Numbered from the stretch's first letter, positions 10,043 through 20,625 are shown. The stretch is 64,000 bases of DNA from Desulfatiglandales bacterium (GCA_963666345.1 OY762721.1:448001-512000); one strand, 5' to 3'. Translations and numbers: made by a program. The notes: generated by a model not told the origin, from the letters alone.

Positions 10043-10683
10043 TAAAATAACCCTCCTTAGTAAGGTTAACCTCTTCGGCCTCAGCCGGAGAGGTTGTCCG
10101 TAAATGTCAATAGATTGTCCGGAATAGTTATCCAATTTTTCGCTCTCTTGTCAACCTGGAAGATGAATCACCTGCGCATTCCTATCTATTGATGTCAACC
10201 CACAAGCGCATATGTGCGGGTTCATTCCGCAGACCTTATCTCACAGAAAGATACCACAGGAGATACAAGTAGCCGGATGAAAAAGCGCCGGGGCCGGGGC
10301 GTAATATCTAAAAAAGGACGGGAAAGACCTCTGTCCGTTTTTTTTGCTCCGCTTAGCTCCGCCGACAAAATGCCCCTTTGGGTTGAAAGACAATCAAAGA
10401 TAGTATACCTTCAAATATCTGTGATTTTGATTAATCTCGATCAGGTTCGATATGACACCAAAGCTTAGGACGTGTAAAATGAGCTAAAATGCCTGAACCG
10501 AATGAGCCCTGACGCTTTAAAAACAACGAAGCCAGCCCCGTAATTTAAGGCACTTTTTCAATTGTGGTTCATTATAGGCATTTAACCCTATTCATTCAGA
10601 AAGAGCCGGTTTTTTAACTTGGCTCAGAGCACCCGGTTTTCTTTAATGGAATAAAACGGACATCTTCGAAAGGCTCCGAAATT

Positions 10684-11697
10684 ATGCTCAAAAACGGACT
10701 TGTTCAGATTTACAGGGGTGAATCGGATCATACCTGCTATATACCTCACGGTCTATGTCTAAGGGCGGCAGGTAGAGGGTTGAGATGTCTCATTGTCAAC
10801 CTGGCTCCCTTCAGGCTTATTAACGGGACACTTGAGGCGTCGGAAAAACTAAAACCCTATTTTGAGGTCGATAACACTGCGGCCCGGGCTGTAAAGAAAA
10901 ATCAAGGACCGGCAGATAATTGCATAACGGCAGCCATTGAAAGGGCCGGTAAAAGCCTACTCACAGGCAGATTTGATCTGGTAGTGTTATGCGGCATCCT
11001 CGATTTTCCAGACAACGGTTTGATAAATAGCGGGAATTTATTATCGCTTATCCGGAAAAAGCCGGATCACACCGAATTCATCCTCACCGGGAGACACCCT
11101 TCTCAAGACATATGTTCGGCTGCAGACCTGGTAAGCGACGTTATTTCCAAATCATGGCCCGGCACAAACAGGGGATACGGGCCTTCAATCGAGATCATAA
11201 CGGGAAACGGAAAGGGGAAAACCACCTATTGTCTTGGTAAATCCCTTCTTGCTTCATGCAGCGGGAAAAGATCAACAGTGCTGCAGTTCATTAAATCACC
11301 CGAGCAATATGGGGAGGTCATTGCCTCGAAAAATATCCCTTTAATGGAGATAACATCGATGGGGAAGGGATTTGTCTTTCCAGGGCCGGAGGAGACCCTG
11401 CAAAAACACCGGAAGGCTGCCGAGAGGGCTTGGAAATCAGCGCAAGAGCATCTGCTTTCAGGACACTATCAATTTATTGTCCTGGATGAAATCAATGTCG
11501 CCATGAGCCTTGGTTTGCTCGACCCGGCGGAGGTTATATCTTTTCTTGATAAGATACCTGAAGGAACCCGGCTGCTCCTCAGCGGAAGAAACGCCGGGCA
11601 GGATATCATAAACAAATCAGGCCTTTTTATCGAGGTGAGAGAAAAAAAGCATCCATTCAATAAAGGCATAGGTGCGAGAAAAGGGATCGAATACTGA
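10684..11697 (+). CDS. Cob(I)alamin adenosyltransferase (CobO/BtuR) with two tandem domains, the first degenerate
   Basis: C-domain TGNGKGKTT, QFIK, LDEIN, SGR, KHPF..G..A..GIEY; N-domain GLVQIY..., LRAAGRG, LTGR, ADLVS. Confidence 0.85.
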   Translation: MLKNGLVQIYRGESDHTCYIPHGLCLRAAGRGLRCLIVNLAPFRLINGTLEASEKLKPYFEVDNTAARAVKKNQGPADNCITAAIERAGKSLLTGRFDLVVLCGILDFPDNGLINSGNLLSLIRKKPDHTEFILTGRHPSQDICSAADLVSDVISKSWPGTNRGYGPSIEIITGNGKGKTTYCLGKSLLASCSGKRSTVLQFIKSPEQYGEVIASKNIPLMEITSMGKGFVFPGPEETLQKHRKAAERAWKSAQEHLLSGHYQFIVLDEINVAMSLGLLDPAEVISFLDKIPEGTRLLLSGRNAGQDIINKSGLFIEVREKKHPFNKGIGARKGIEY

Positions 11698-11788
11698 TGA
11701 GATCGAATCATCTCAAGATCAGTTGAACCCAAACAGGGCCAACCAGGATGCCCTTCCTTAATTGAGCAGGTTTGAGCAAGAAGATTTT

Positions 11789-12628
11789 CTACTTCCGGAT
11801 CTCATACTGGCGGTTCTGGTGATAGGCGTTTCGTAGAGACACATAAGGATCAAAGGCCGCCTCTTTTAGCGCCTCATACTCTCCAATCCTGAAGGAAGTG
11901 CTGTTGACGGTCTTTACCCCCCTTGCAGCCAGGTTGTATTTTGTTGAGTCCAGGATATAGTTGAGTGGATTAAGAAAGGAGTCTCCAACCAAGCCAAGGG
12001 TGTCTCTTACGCTGGACGGTCCAAGCACCGGCCAGTTTATAAAAAACCCCGGCCCCGCGCCGTAGACCCCCAGTGTTTGCCCAAGATCCTCTTCATAAAT
12101 TTCAAATTTCAAGGCCTTGCCTGCAGGATCTCCAAGCCCCCCAACGCCCGCGGTTGAGTTGATAAAGAACCTGGCCAGTTCATTGCCGAAACGCCTCGGT
12201 TTTCCCTGCAAAAGACAGTTGACCGCCCGAACCGGCATCAAGATATTAACGAAAAAATTTTTCACACCTTTTCTAAGCGGTTCCGGAACCACCCATTTAT
12301 ATCCTCTGGAAATCGGTTTCAGGACCCAGAAATAAAGCCTGTCATTAAACTCAAAAAATGCCCTGTTTAAAGGTTCCAAGGGATCATAAATCTCATTCCG
12401 CGCAATAATTTCTCCCTGACCGGCAGGATTCTGATCCGTTTCGGTTGCACTGCACAAAAGCAAAGGGTCCTCATTTTTATTCTGCAAACCTGCCGAATTC
12501 ACACCGTCCTCTGCAATGCAAATCGAGCCTTCAACCATAAAAAAGGCCGCACAAAATAGAAAAAAAACCCCAAAAAAAATATCCTTGCTGATTTTAAATG
12601 GAGCCGCAACACCTTTTCTATTATTCAC
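11789..12628 (-). CDS. mlaA: MlaA/VacJ family protein
   Basis: DPLEPLNRAFFEFND, EDLGQTLG, PVLGPSSVRD, DPYVSLR. Confidence 0.92.
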   Translation of the reverse strand: MNNRKGVAAPFKISKDIFFGVFFLFCAAFFMVEGSICIAEDGVNSAGLQNKNEDPLLLCSATETDQNPAGQGEIIARNEIYDPLEPLNRAFFEFNDRLYFWVLKPISRGYKWVVPEPLRKGVKNFFVNILMPVRAVNCLLQGKPRRFGNELARFFINSTAGVGGLGDPAGKALKFEIYEEDLGQTLGVYGAGPGFFINWPVLGPSSVRDTLGLVGDSFLNPLNYILDSTKYNLAARGVKTVNSTSFRIGEYEALKEAAFDPYVSLRNAYHQNRQYEIRK

Positions 12629-12644
12629 CTTGTTGTCTCCTCTC

Positions 12645-13247
12645 CTAACCCTTTTCAACCTTTTCCCTCAACATTTCAACCAGTTTTTCATATGATTTTC
12701 TCATTATTATGCTGTTAAACTGGGTCCGATAATTATTTATAAGGCTCACGCCCTCTATGGAGATGTCGTAGACATGCCAGTTGGTGCCCTTTTTCTTCAA
12801 CTTGTATATTAAAGGTATCTCAACCTTATCTTTGCTTAAGATCTTTACATCCACACTTGCATAATCGTCATCAACATTCTCAGACCCATAGGAAATTTTC
12901 TCTCCTGAGTAGGACAGGACCCTGTCAAGATATGTCTTTTCCAGAAATTTTTCGAAGAGTTCGGTGAATTCCTTCTTTTCATGATCCTTCCTTTTTGACC
13001 AATGCCGCGCCAGTGTCCTTTTGGCCATTTCCTCTCCGTCAAAACGCTCATCCACGGAATTTCTTATGCGCATGACCTTTTCTTCTTTCTTTTCATCGCC
13101 TTGAAGGGATGGATCCGTAATAATGTCGATTATCTTCTCTGTTATCCTTTTTATTTCCTCTGTAGGTTCACCGGCAAAAGAGACGGAAGAGGCAAAAGAA
13201 AAAACCAGCAAAATCAAAAAGGCCCTGGAAAAAAAGCGCATCTGCAT
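12645..13247 (-). CDS. mlaC: MlaC/Ttg2D phospholipid-binding protein
   Basis: Signal peptide; W.VYDISIEGVSLINNYRTQF; operon context. Confidence 0.92.
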   Translation of the reverse strand: MQMRFFSRAFLILLVFSFASSVSFAGEPTEEIKRITEKIIDIITDPSLQGDEKKEEKVMRIRNSVDERFDGEEMAKRTLARHWSKRKDHEKKEFTELFEKFLEKTYLDRVLSYSGEKISYGSENVDDDYASVDVKILSKDKVEIPLIYKLKKKGTNWHVYDISIEGVSLINNYRTQFNSIIMRKSYEKLVEMLREKVEKG

Positions 13248-13269
13248 GAATCCTCCCACAAATTTTCCG

Positions 13270-13710
13270 TTAAAGTTTTCCAAAAACATAATTTGATATC
13301 AACTGTTCTATATCAACGGCAGGCTGAGTCTCCCTTATTCGTTCCCCCGGCTCAAGGATCTTCTCTGATCCGCCCGGTGTGAGATCGAGGTATTTTTCAC
13401 CGATCAGCCCCTTTGTCTTTATGGAGGCTATGGCGTCCTCCTGGACCTTCAGATCCTTTGGAAGGTCCAGATAGGTAACCGCCTGATAATCGTCAAGGAC
13501 TACCCGCTTCACCCTTCCCACCTCTACTCCGGCGACAACCACTGCCGCACCGGTCTTAAGGCCGCCGCTGTTGGAAAAAACAGCCTTGAGTTCATACCCT
13601 TCCTTTCCAAATACTTCCATCTTCCCCATCTTTATGGAAAGATATCCCAAGCATAATATGCCTGCCAGCATAAATATCCCCACAGCCAGTTCAAGATCGA
13701 ACCTTTTCAT
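13270..13710 (-). CDS. mlaD: MCE-domain protein MlaD
   Basis: N-terminal TM, GGLKTGAAVVVAGVEVGRV, GLIGEKYLDL.PGG. Confidence 0.93.
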   Translation of the reverse strand: MKRFDLELAVGIFMLAGILCLGYLSIKMGKMEVFGKEGYELKAVFSNSGGLKTGAAVVVAGVEVGRVKRVVLDDYQAVTYLDLPKDLKVQEDAIASIKTKGLIGEKYLDLTPGGSEKILEPGERIRETQPAVDIEQLISNYVFGKL

Positions 13711-14469
13711 CTATTCCCCCTGACGTGCTTCAGATACTGCGACATCGCTTTCTCTGCCCATAAATGAAAGCACATATGGATCGTCAGATTTATCAAAATC
13801 TCCGGGCCTCCCCTCTGCCCACAGAACACCATCCTTAATCATTGCGACCCTGTCCACGATATCAAATACCCTTTGGATCTCATGGGTGACTATTATGCCT
13901 GTGAAGGAAAGCCTCTTGTGACAGGAATCAATAAGCTTCAATATACTGTTACCGATTACGGGATCAAGGCCGGTGGTAGGCTCATCAAAAAGCATTATTT
14001 CAGGCTCCATGACCAGTGCCCTTGCAATAGCTGCCCTCTTTAACATCCCTCCGCTTACCTGAGAGGGGTATTTGAGCTCCGAACCTTCAAGCCCCACATT
14101 TTTGAGCTCTTTAAAGACCCTTTCGTTTATAAGGCTGCCGCTCAAACGCGTTTTTTCCTTCAAAGGAAAGGCGACATTTTCAAAAACCGTCATGGAATCA
14201 AAAAGCGCACCACCCTGAAACAGGAACCCAAGCCTGCTTCTCAGATCATAGAGCCCCTTACCCTTCAAGGTACGCATATCTTTCCCGTCGACTATTATAC
14301 GGCCCTTTTCAGGCTGCATAAGGCCGGCGACATGCTTAAGCAGGACGCTTTTACCGCTGCCGCTTCCACCTATAAGGGCTATTATTTCCCCCTTTTTTAT
14401 TTCAAGAGAAATCCCCTTGAGCACCCTGTTTCCGTCAAAGGATTTTTGAATGTCTTCAATACTTATCAT
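13711..14469 (-). CDS. mlaF: ABC ATPase MlaF
   Basis: GGSGSGKS, FQGGALFDS, SGGMLKR, DEPTTGLDP. Confidence 0.93.
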   Translation of the reverse strand: MISIEDIQKSFDGNRVLKGISLEIKKGEIIALIGGSGSGKSVLLKHVAGLMQPEKGRIIVDGKDMRTLKGKGLYDLRSRLGFLFQGGALFDSMTVFENVAFPLKEKTRLSGSLINERVFKELKNVGLEGSELKYPSQVSGGMLKRAAIARALVMEPEIMLFDEPTTGLDPVIGNSILKLIDSCHKRLSFTGIIVTHEIQRVFDIVDRVAMIKDGVLWAEGRPGDFDKSDDPYVLSFMGRESDVAVSEARQGE

Positions 14470-14477
14470 CTCAGTGC

Positions 14478-15257
14478 TCAAAAAAGGATAGAGGTCATTA
14501 CATAATCCCATACGAGGATCAGCACCGAAGACATTACAACCGCCTCGGTGGTTGCCCGGCTTACCCCTTCCGCTCCAAAGCCGGTATATATGCCGGTAAA
14601 AAAACCTTTAAAACAGCAGACCCAAGTAATGATTATACCAAAAGAAAAAGACTTGTATATCCCTTCGAGGATATCCTGCATCTCCACATAATTCGCCATC
14701 TCGCCGAAATAGGTGCCCGCCCCTACACCCAGCAGTTTTCCTCCGATCAGATAGCCGCCGAAGATACCGAGCACATCGAAGATTGCCGTAAGAAGAGGAA
14801 GCGAGATCATAGCTGCCAGCAGATTTGGAACCATCAGGTATCTGTAGGGATTAAGACCCATAAGCTCCATGGCATCAATCTGCTCGCTGATGCGCATTAT
14901 TCCGATTTCGGCGGTAATTGCGGAACCTGCCCTTCCTGTAACCATAAGAGCTGAGATTACCGGACCAAGCTCCTTTATGAGGGAAAGTCCGACCATGGGT
15001 CCGAGAAAGGCATCAGAGCCGAACCGGCTCAGGCTGTAAAAACCTTGAAACCCTAAGACCATACCGGAAAATCCGCCCGTCAGCACTATCACTATGATGG
15101 ACTGAAAGCCTATGAAGCGAATCTGCTTGAGCACCCTGGACAATTTCAATGGAGGGATGATCAAATAAAAAAAGGACTTAAACAAAAACAGCCCCATCCC
15201 TCCCATTCTACGCATATGTTTAAGCGTCCATACGCCCAGCATTCGAATTATTTTCAT
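14478..15257 (-). CDS. mlaE: ABC permease MlaE
   Basis: KELGPV...GRAGSAITAEIG.M..SEQIDA, GAEGVSRATT.AVV. Confidence 0.94.
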   Translation of the reverse strand: MKIIRMLGVWTLKHMRRMGGMGLFLFKSFFYLIIPPLKLSRVLKQIRFIGFQSIIVIVLTGGFSGMVLGFQGFYSLSRFGSDAFLGPMVGLSLIKELGPVISALMVTGRAGSAITAEIGIMRISEQIDAMELMGLNPYRYLMVPNLLAAMISLPLLTAIFDVLGIFGGYLIGGKLLGVGAGTYFGEMANYVEMQDILEGIYKSFSFGIIITWVCCFKGFFTGIYTGFGAEGVSRATTEAVVMSSVLILVWDYVMTSILF

Positions 15258-15454
15258 GAATTGAAGTCTTGCAGAACTTAGTAGATATGTCAAAAAAATT
15301 TTATACCGGCTCTTCTAGGCAGAGGTTACTATAGCACTGCTTTTTAGGACAAAAAGAGCGGATTTAATTCCATCTGATCATATCTTGAAATGGTTTAGCC
15401 CGGCATGGCCGATACTTCTCTTATTGATGCGCCTTGGGCCCATAAATGCGGACA

Positions 15455-15475
15455 GGCGGGGGTAAATCCCCCGCC
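15455..15475 (-). terminator. GC hairpin just after the hsp20 pair
   Basis: GGCGGGGG-taaat-CCCCCGCC perfect 8-bp stem; U-tract weak. Confidence 0.5.
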
Positions 15476-15481
15476 ATTTGC

Positions 15482-15889
15482 TCAGCCGCCCCTTACTATG
15501 ATTTTTCTCGGCTTGGCAGCTTCCGCCTTCGGCAGTATGACCTTTAACACCCCGCTTGCTATAGTAGCATCGATCTTTTCCCGGTCAATTACGCTTGGCA
15601 GAGTGAACCTCCTGAAATAATCCCCTGTCTTGTATTCGATATATATGGGAGACAAAACACTCTCATCTTTTTTGACTTGGCCCTGAATGCTCAGCTCGTT
15701 ATCGTCAAGATGAATGTCTATCCCGTCTTTTTCAACCCCAGGCATGTCCGCTACCATAACCAGTGCATCTTCATCTTCATATATGTCAACCGGAGGAACA
15801 AATACCGGGCCGGCCTTGGTCATTTCCGACTTACCTTCTATTTCCTGCTTGTCTTTTATCCGTATCTGTTTATTTTCCACTTTTCTCAC
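15482..15889 (-). CDS. Hsp20/alpha-crystallin small heat shock protein
   Basis: PPVDIYE, ADMPGV, GVLKVILPK. Confidence 0.93.
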   Translation of the reverse strand: MRKVENKQIRIKDKQEIEGKSEMTKAGPVFVPPVDIYEDEDALVMVADMPGVEKDGIDIHLDDNELSIQGQVKKDESVLSPIYIEYKTGDYFRRFTLPSVIDREKIDATIASGVLKVILPKAEAAKPRKIIVRGG

Positions 15890-15893
15890 CCCC

Positions 15894-16349
15894 TTATTGA
15901 ACCTTTATTTCGATTTTTTTGGCTTTTACTTCCTCAGCCTTGGGTAGAATCAGTGTCAAGATACCGTTTTTTATCTCTGCCTTTACGTTTTCAGAGGATA
16001 TCCGGGTAGCAAGAGGGAAAGTCCTGTTAAAGGCGCCCTGTTCTCTTTCTCTGCGATGATAGCTGACATTTTCCTGTTCAGTCTCAAAAAATCGCTCTCC
16101 CTTGAGTGTCACTGAGTCCTCTTTCACAATGACCTCCAGATCTTTCGGCTCCATGCCCGGCAATTCAGCGCTGACATATATATTGTCGCTATCCTGAGCC
16201 ACATTTACGAGTGGAAATACCCCGGTTCCGCCTTGATCAGCCCTCCTCCCAAATACCCTGTCAAAGAGGGTGTTCATCTCATCCTGCAACTTGTTAAGTT
16301 CCCTGAATGCCTTGCTTTCAAAAGGATCTCTCCATCTTATGATCGCCAT
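15894..16349 (-). CDS. Hsp20/alpha-crystallin small heat shock protein
   Basis: AELPGM, HRRER, NGILTLILPK; GGAGG SD. Confidence 0.93.
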   Translation of the reverse strand: MAIIRWRDPFESKAFRELNKLQDEMNTLFDRVFGRRADQGGTGVFPLVNVAQDSDNIYVSAELPGMEPKDLEVIVKEDSVTLKGERFFETEQENVSYHRREREQGAFNRTFPLATRISSENVKAEIKNGILTLILPKAEEVKAKKIEIKVQ

Positions 16350-16414
16350 TTTAATTCACCTCCCAAAATAGATCAGCAAGTTTTGCATTTTTTTGGCTTC
16401 ACAATAAAAATAAC

Positions 16415-16449
16415 ATTATGATATTATTGGTTTTTATGTCAATAATATC
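16415..16449 (-). promoter_or_regulatory. Probable hsp20 promoter with overlapping 10-10-10 inverted repeat
   Basis: Minus strand TTGACA-N16-CATAAT; GATATTATTG-N10-CAATAATATC at 16420-16449. Confidence 0.55.
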
Positions 16450-16759
16450 CGGCCGCGGCTTATGTTTTATAAATAATTCTAATTGCAAAAATGTCAAGAC
16501 TTTCAATTTAGAAAAAGAAGCCCTCACGCTTCGCAGTGTATCATTAACGGTTTTTGTATTGACCCTATCTGCCGCCCGATTTCTTCCGGCAGGGTCGATT
16601 CTCAATAACGGATTCTCTTAAAAGACATTTGCAGTTGAAATTATTATGTTATTATAATATCAGAATCTGGTCGTCTTTGTTATAAAGAGCCTTTTCCGGT
16701 CTCAGTCAGACAGGCAGCCTCCATGTCATGAAACATGTTTTTCTATGAAAGGATATTTT

Positions 16760-18262
16760 ATGAAAATCGAGAATTTTCCACAGCATGTCCGCGACCATAT
16801 CATTCCCAAAATCTCAGGCCGGATGGTTTACCGTTGTCTAGGTTGCGACAGCGAATTCGATTCTGACCGACTCCTCTATACCTGTCCTGATTGCGGCAGC
16901 GTGCTCCTGCTTCAGAACAAAAATGAAGATGCTGTTATGGGACTTGGGGGTGAAAAGTGGCGCGACATATTCGACTATCGCAGGATGTTTAACAACAGGG
17001 CAGTCAAAGGCATCTTTAGGTATTACGAATTCATAGCGCCAATTCTTCCTCTCGACCGGATAATTTACCTGGGGGAAGGACACACTCCGCTTGTGGAAGC
17101 AAACAGCCGACTGAAAGAACTGGTGGGAATAGATTTCTTTTTCAAAAATGACGGGCTAAATCCCAGCGCTTCTTTCAAGGACAGGGGCATGGCCTGCGCG
17201 CTAAGCTACCTCAATTACATCGCCAAAAAAGAGAAGACTTCAGACATTCTTGCCATATGCGCCTCAACTGGTGACACATCCGCATCAGCGGCGCTGTATG
17301 CGTCTTATCTTGGCGATTTCATCAAATCGGCCGTTCTTCTGCCAAAAGGCAAGGTAACTCCACAGCAACTTTCACAACCCCTTGGAAGCGGCGCCAAGGT
17401 GCTTGAAATACCCGGCGTGTTTGATGACTCCATGAAGGTGGTGGAAAGTCTTTCAGAAAAATATAAGGTGGCACTGCTAAATTCCAAGAACAGCTGGAGA
17501 ATACTGGGGCAGGAATCTTTTTCTTACGAAATCGCACAGGACTTTGACTATGAAGTTGACGACAAGGCAGTGGTGCTGCCGATCGGAAACGCTGGTAACA
17601 TAACGGCGGTCATGAGTGGCTTTATAAAATTTTTCAGGGCCGGAGTCATCAAATCCCTCCCAAAAATCATAGGGGTGCAATCATCCCACGCTGATCCTGT
17701 TTACAGGTATTACCTGGAAAAAGACCCAAGTAAGAGAAAATTCGTCCCGGTGGGAGTGAGCCCAAGTGTCGCTCAGGCTGCAATGATAGGGAACCCGGTT
17801 TCTATGCCGCGGGTAATCAGACTTGCCGATGACTATAACCGGCTTGCAGGAATCAAAAAGGTATTTTTCTGTCAGGTCAGCGAACAGGAGATAATGGATT
17901 CGATGATCATGGCCAACAGAAACGGCAATATCGCATGCACCCAGGGGGGCGAATCGCTTGCAGGTCTCATAAAGGCGGTCGAAAACGGTTACGTGGACAA
18001 GGCAGAGATAGGCGTTGTAGATTCTACCGCTCATATTCTCAAGTTTTCCGTTTTTCAGGATATGTATTTTGAAAACAGTTTTGACCCTTCCTTTGAGGTA
18101 AAACCGAAGGCCCGGTTCACGAACAGACCTCTTGAGGTGAAACCGGTGAGCGTCACCAAGCTCCCGGCGCCCGGCCGCCCGCTTGGAAAGAAAGACATGG
18201 ATCGTTTCGTAACGGCCATGACCGAGGAAATAGCCGCTATCCTTGATCTAAAGCAGAAGTAA
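16760..18262 (+). CDS. thrC: Threonine synthase
   Basis: LGEGHTPL, NPSASFKDRG (PLP Lys), CASTGDTS, PIGNAGN; N-terminal CxxC pairs. Confidence 0.93.
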   Translation: MKIENFPQHVRDHIIPKISGRMVYRCLGCDSEFDSDRLLYTCPDCGSVLLLQNKNEDAVMGLGGEKWRDIFDYRRMFNNRAVKGIFRYYEFIAPILPLDRIIYLGEGHTPLVEANSRLKELVGIDFFFKNDGLNPSASFKDRGMACALSYLNYIAKKEKTSDILAICASTGDTSASAALYASYLGDFIKSAVLLPKGKVTPQQLSQPLGSGAKVLEIPGVFDDSMKVVESLSEKYKVALLNSKNSWRILGQESFSYEIAQDFDYEVDDKAVVLPIGNAGNITAVMSGFIKFFRAGVIKSLPKIIGVQSSHADPVYRYYLEKDPSKRKFVPVGVSPSVAQAAMIGNPVSMPRVIRLADDYNRLAGIKKVFFCQVSEQEIMDSMIMANRNGNIACTQGGESLAGLIKAVENGYVDKAEIGVVDSTAHILKFSVFQDMYFENSFDPSFEVKPKARFTNRPLEVKPVSVTKLPAPGRPLGKKDMDRFVTAMTEEIAAILDLKQK

Positions 18263-18349
18263 AGGATTGCAGCCCGCAGCACCGGGCATTCCCGGCTCAA
18301 GGAACCAGGCCTTCTATAATGGGATAAAAGACTTACACCAAGGAATATT

Positions 18350-18823
18350 TTGATGCTCAGGATAAGACTTATAGTTGTCGGCAAGACAAAGGAACAATTC
18401 CTCAGAATAGGCGAATCCTTCTACATGGAGAGACTTAGAAGATATGCAACCACGGAATGGATCGAGGTCAAGGGTGCGAAAATCAGAAAAGGAGCCGCTA
18501 CCGATAAGGTGCTGGAAATTGAAGGCGACGCGATTGCCGACAGGATCTGTTCCCAGGATTACGTTATCGCCCTCGACCGCCTTGGAAAGGATTTTACGTC
18601 GGAACAACTGGCAGGCCATATCGATCAACTCACACTTGCAAACAGCATGATTACCTTTGTCATCGGAGGCCCTCTCGGTTTGTCAAAAGAGGTGCTGGGC
18701 AGGGCAAGACAGGTAGTTTCTCTTTCTAAAATGACGCTGACCCACGAGATGTGCAGATTAGTTCTGCTTGAGCAGTTATACAGGGCCTTCACAATAATCC
18801 ATGGAGAAAAATACCACAAATAG
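18350..18823 (+). CDS. rlmH: 23S rRNA m3Psi1915 methyltransferase
   Basis: FVIGGPLGL, SLSKMTLTH, LLEQLYRAFTI..GEKYHK. Confidence 0.96.
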   Translation: MMLRIRLIVVGKTKEQFLRIGESFYMERLRRYATTEWIEVKGAKIRKGAATDKVLEIEGDAIADRICSQDYVIALDRLGKDFTSEQLAGHIDQLTLANSMITFVIGGPLGLSKEVLGRARQVVSLSKMTLTHEMCRLVLLEQLYRAFTIIHGEKYHK

Positions 18824-18897
18824 TGTCTGCACACCCGAACCAACCGTCTGATTCAGGTACAGGTGCGAAGATAAATTGATTTGAGGAAATTCCTGGT

Positions 18898-18974
18898 CAA
18901 GGTGTCAGGGGCAAGGCTGAGCGATCAAAGGCAGTCACGCTTAAGCGGGACTGATAATGTCTCGACGGTGGATC
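18898..18974 (+). repeat. Short degenerate intergenic repeat, copy B
   Basis: CAAGGTGTCAG identical to copy A; ends ACGGTGGATC as copy C. Confidence 0.5.
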
Positions 18975-18980
18975 CAGGAT

Positions 18981-19346
18981 CTATATCTGTTCTTTTGACT
19001 CCAGTGCCATTGATATCTTGTTTTTGAGTTCCGTAAGATCAAAAGATTTTATGACATAAAAATCCGCTGCAATAGATTTCATATCCTCCTTGAAGGTATC
19101 ATAGGCGGTGCACAGAACTACCGGAAGGTTATAGAATCTGTTTCTTATATCCTGAAGGAGATCCAGGCCGTTGTAGTCAACCATTTTTATATCAAGTACA
19201 ACAAGGTCCGGCTCTTCTGCTTCAATCTTTTCCAGGAGCCTATAGCCGCTATCTGCAGTGATTACCTCATATCCCACTTCGCTCAGTTCTTCCGAGTAGA
19301 GATAGCGTATATGTTCCTCGTCATCCACTATCAATATTTTTGCCAT
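18981..19346 (-). CDS. Single-domain response regulator
   Basis: ILIVDDE, DLVVLDIKM, CTAY, VIKSFD. Confidence 0.92.
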   Translation of the reverse strand: MAKILIVDDEEHIRYLYSEELSEVGYEVITADSGYRLLEKIEAEEPDLVVLDIKMVDYNGLDLLQDIRNRFYNLPVVLCTAYDTFKEDMKSIAADFYVIKSFDLTELKNKISMALESKEQI

Positions 19347-19556
19347 ATTTCCGTCTCCCAGACTCTTAAAGCTTGGATACATTTAAGGCTGTATAAAGGT
19401 ATTTATCGACTTTGGGATTCTTTTAAAGCCTGTTTATTATAAGACATAAGCCCTTATTTTGCAAATTCATTGTAAAATCTTTCGTTTCATACCAGGTGCC
19501 GGAGCCTCAAGAGTCAACTCCAAGACCCGGATAAAGACACCGCAGCCATGTTTCAG

Positions 19557-19587
19557 AAAAAAAGCCCCCCGCCATGTGGCAGGAGGC
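19557..19587 (-). terminator. Intrinsic terminator after hbd
   Basis: Minus strand GCCTCCTGCCA-ca-TGGCGGGGGGC followed by T7. Confidence 0.7.
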
Positions 19588-19622
19588 GAATGGTCGGCCA
19601 TTATTGATTTATGACATGTTAA

Positions 19623-20471
19623 TCAGTAGTCATAAAATCCCTTGCCTGTCTTCCTTCCGAGCCAGCCTGCATCCACATATTTTTTGAGAAGCGGGCAGGG
19701 CCTGTACTTTGCATCGCCGAGCCCATCATGAAGTACATTCATAATGGCAAGGCAGGTATCCAGCCCAATAAGATCCGCCAAGGCCAGTGGGCCCATCGGA
19801 TGGTTCATTCCAAGTTTCATCACTTGGTCGATATCTTCCGGCCTGCCTACTCCCTCAAACAGCGCGTAAACCGCCTCATTAATCATGGGTATCAGGATCC
19901 TGTTGCTGATAAAGCCGGGATAATCATTCGCCGGCACAGGGGTCTTTCCCATCCTTACAGACAGATCTTTTGTCGCTTCATGAGTCTGTTCAGAGGTGGC
20001 AAGACCCCTTATAATTTCCACGAGCTTCATCATAGGAACAGGATTCATAAAATGCATCCCTATTACCTTATCCGGCCTTGAAGTAACTCCTGCTATCTTG
20101 GTAATCGATATGGAAGAGGTGTTTGACGAAAGGATCACCTCATCTCTGCAGTACTTGTCCAGGTCCCTGAATATCTGGAGCTTGAGATCAACCCTTTCTG
20201 TCGCCGCCTCAACAACAAAGTCGGCCTTTGACATGTCCTCAAGAGAGGTCGAACCCTCAATTCTTGCAAGGATTTTTTTCTGCTCATCCAGGCTGACCTT
20301 TTCTTTTTTGACCAGCCTGCCAAGACTTTTTTCAATTGTATCGAACCCTTTATCAACGAATTCATCCTTAATATCGTTCATTATTACAGACAATCCGCAT
20401 GCCGCAGAAACCTGCGCGATACCGGAACCCATCTGTCCCGAGCCCACCACCCCAATGCTCTTAATCTCCAT
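19623..20471 (-). CDS. hbd: 3-hydroxybutyryl-CoA dehydrogenase
   Basis: [52 protein letters not shown]. Confidence 0.95.
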   Translation of the reverse strand: MEIKSIGVVGSGQMGSGIAQVSAACGLSVIMNDIKDEFVDKGFDTIEKSLGRLVKKEKVSLDEQKKILARIEGSTSLEDMSKADFVVEAATERVDLKLQIFRDLDKYCRDEVILSSNTSSISITKIAGVTSRPDKVIGMHFMNPVPMMKLVEIIRGLATSEQTHEATKDLSVRMGKTPVPANDYPGFISNRILIPMINEAVYALFEGVGRPEDIDQVMKLGMNHPMGPLALADLIGLDTCLAIMNVLHDGLGDAKYRPCPLLKKYVDAGWLGRKTGKGFYDY

Positions 20472-20625
20472 GATCAATTACCCTCCCAAAATTTAGCTTC
20501 AGTTTTTAACGACACCGATACGGTTTCCTGCCATCACATAAAAAACGAATTGACTAGGACCTTCGCCCGCGGCTTCATAAAAAGTTCCTCCAGGCTGATT
20601 CAAAAGCTATCTCCCAGCTTTAAAC

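Noticed and set aside
10136..10683. Possible cobalamin riboswitch upstream of the CobO-like gene
   Set aside because: No B12-box or conserved core visible; only generic hairpins
18800..18980. rlmH 3' end as an island integration site
   Set aside because: No recombinase, att duplication or cargo follows
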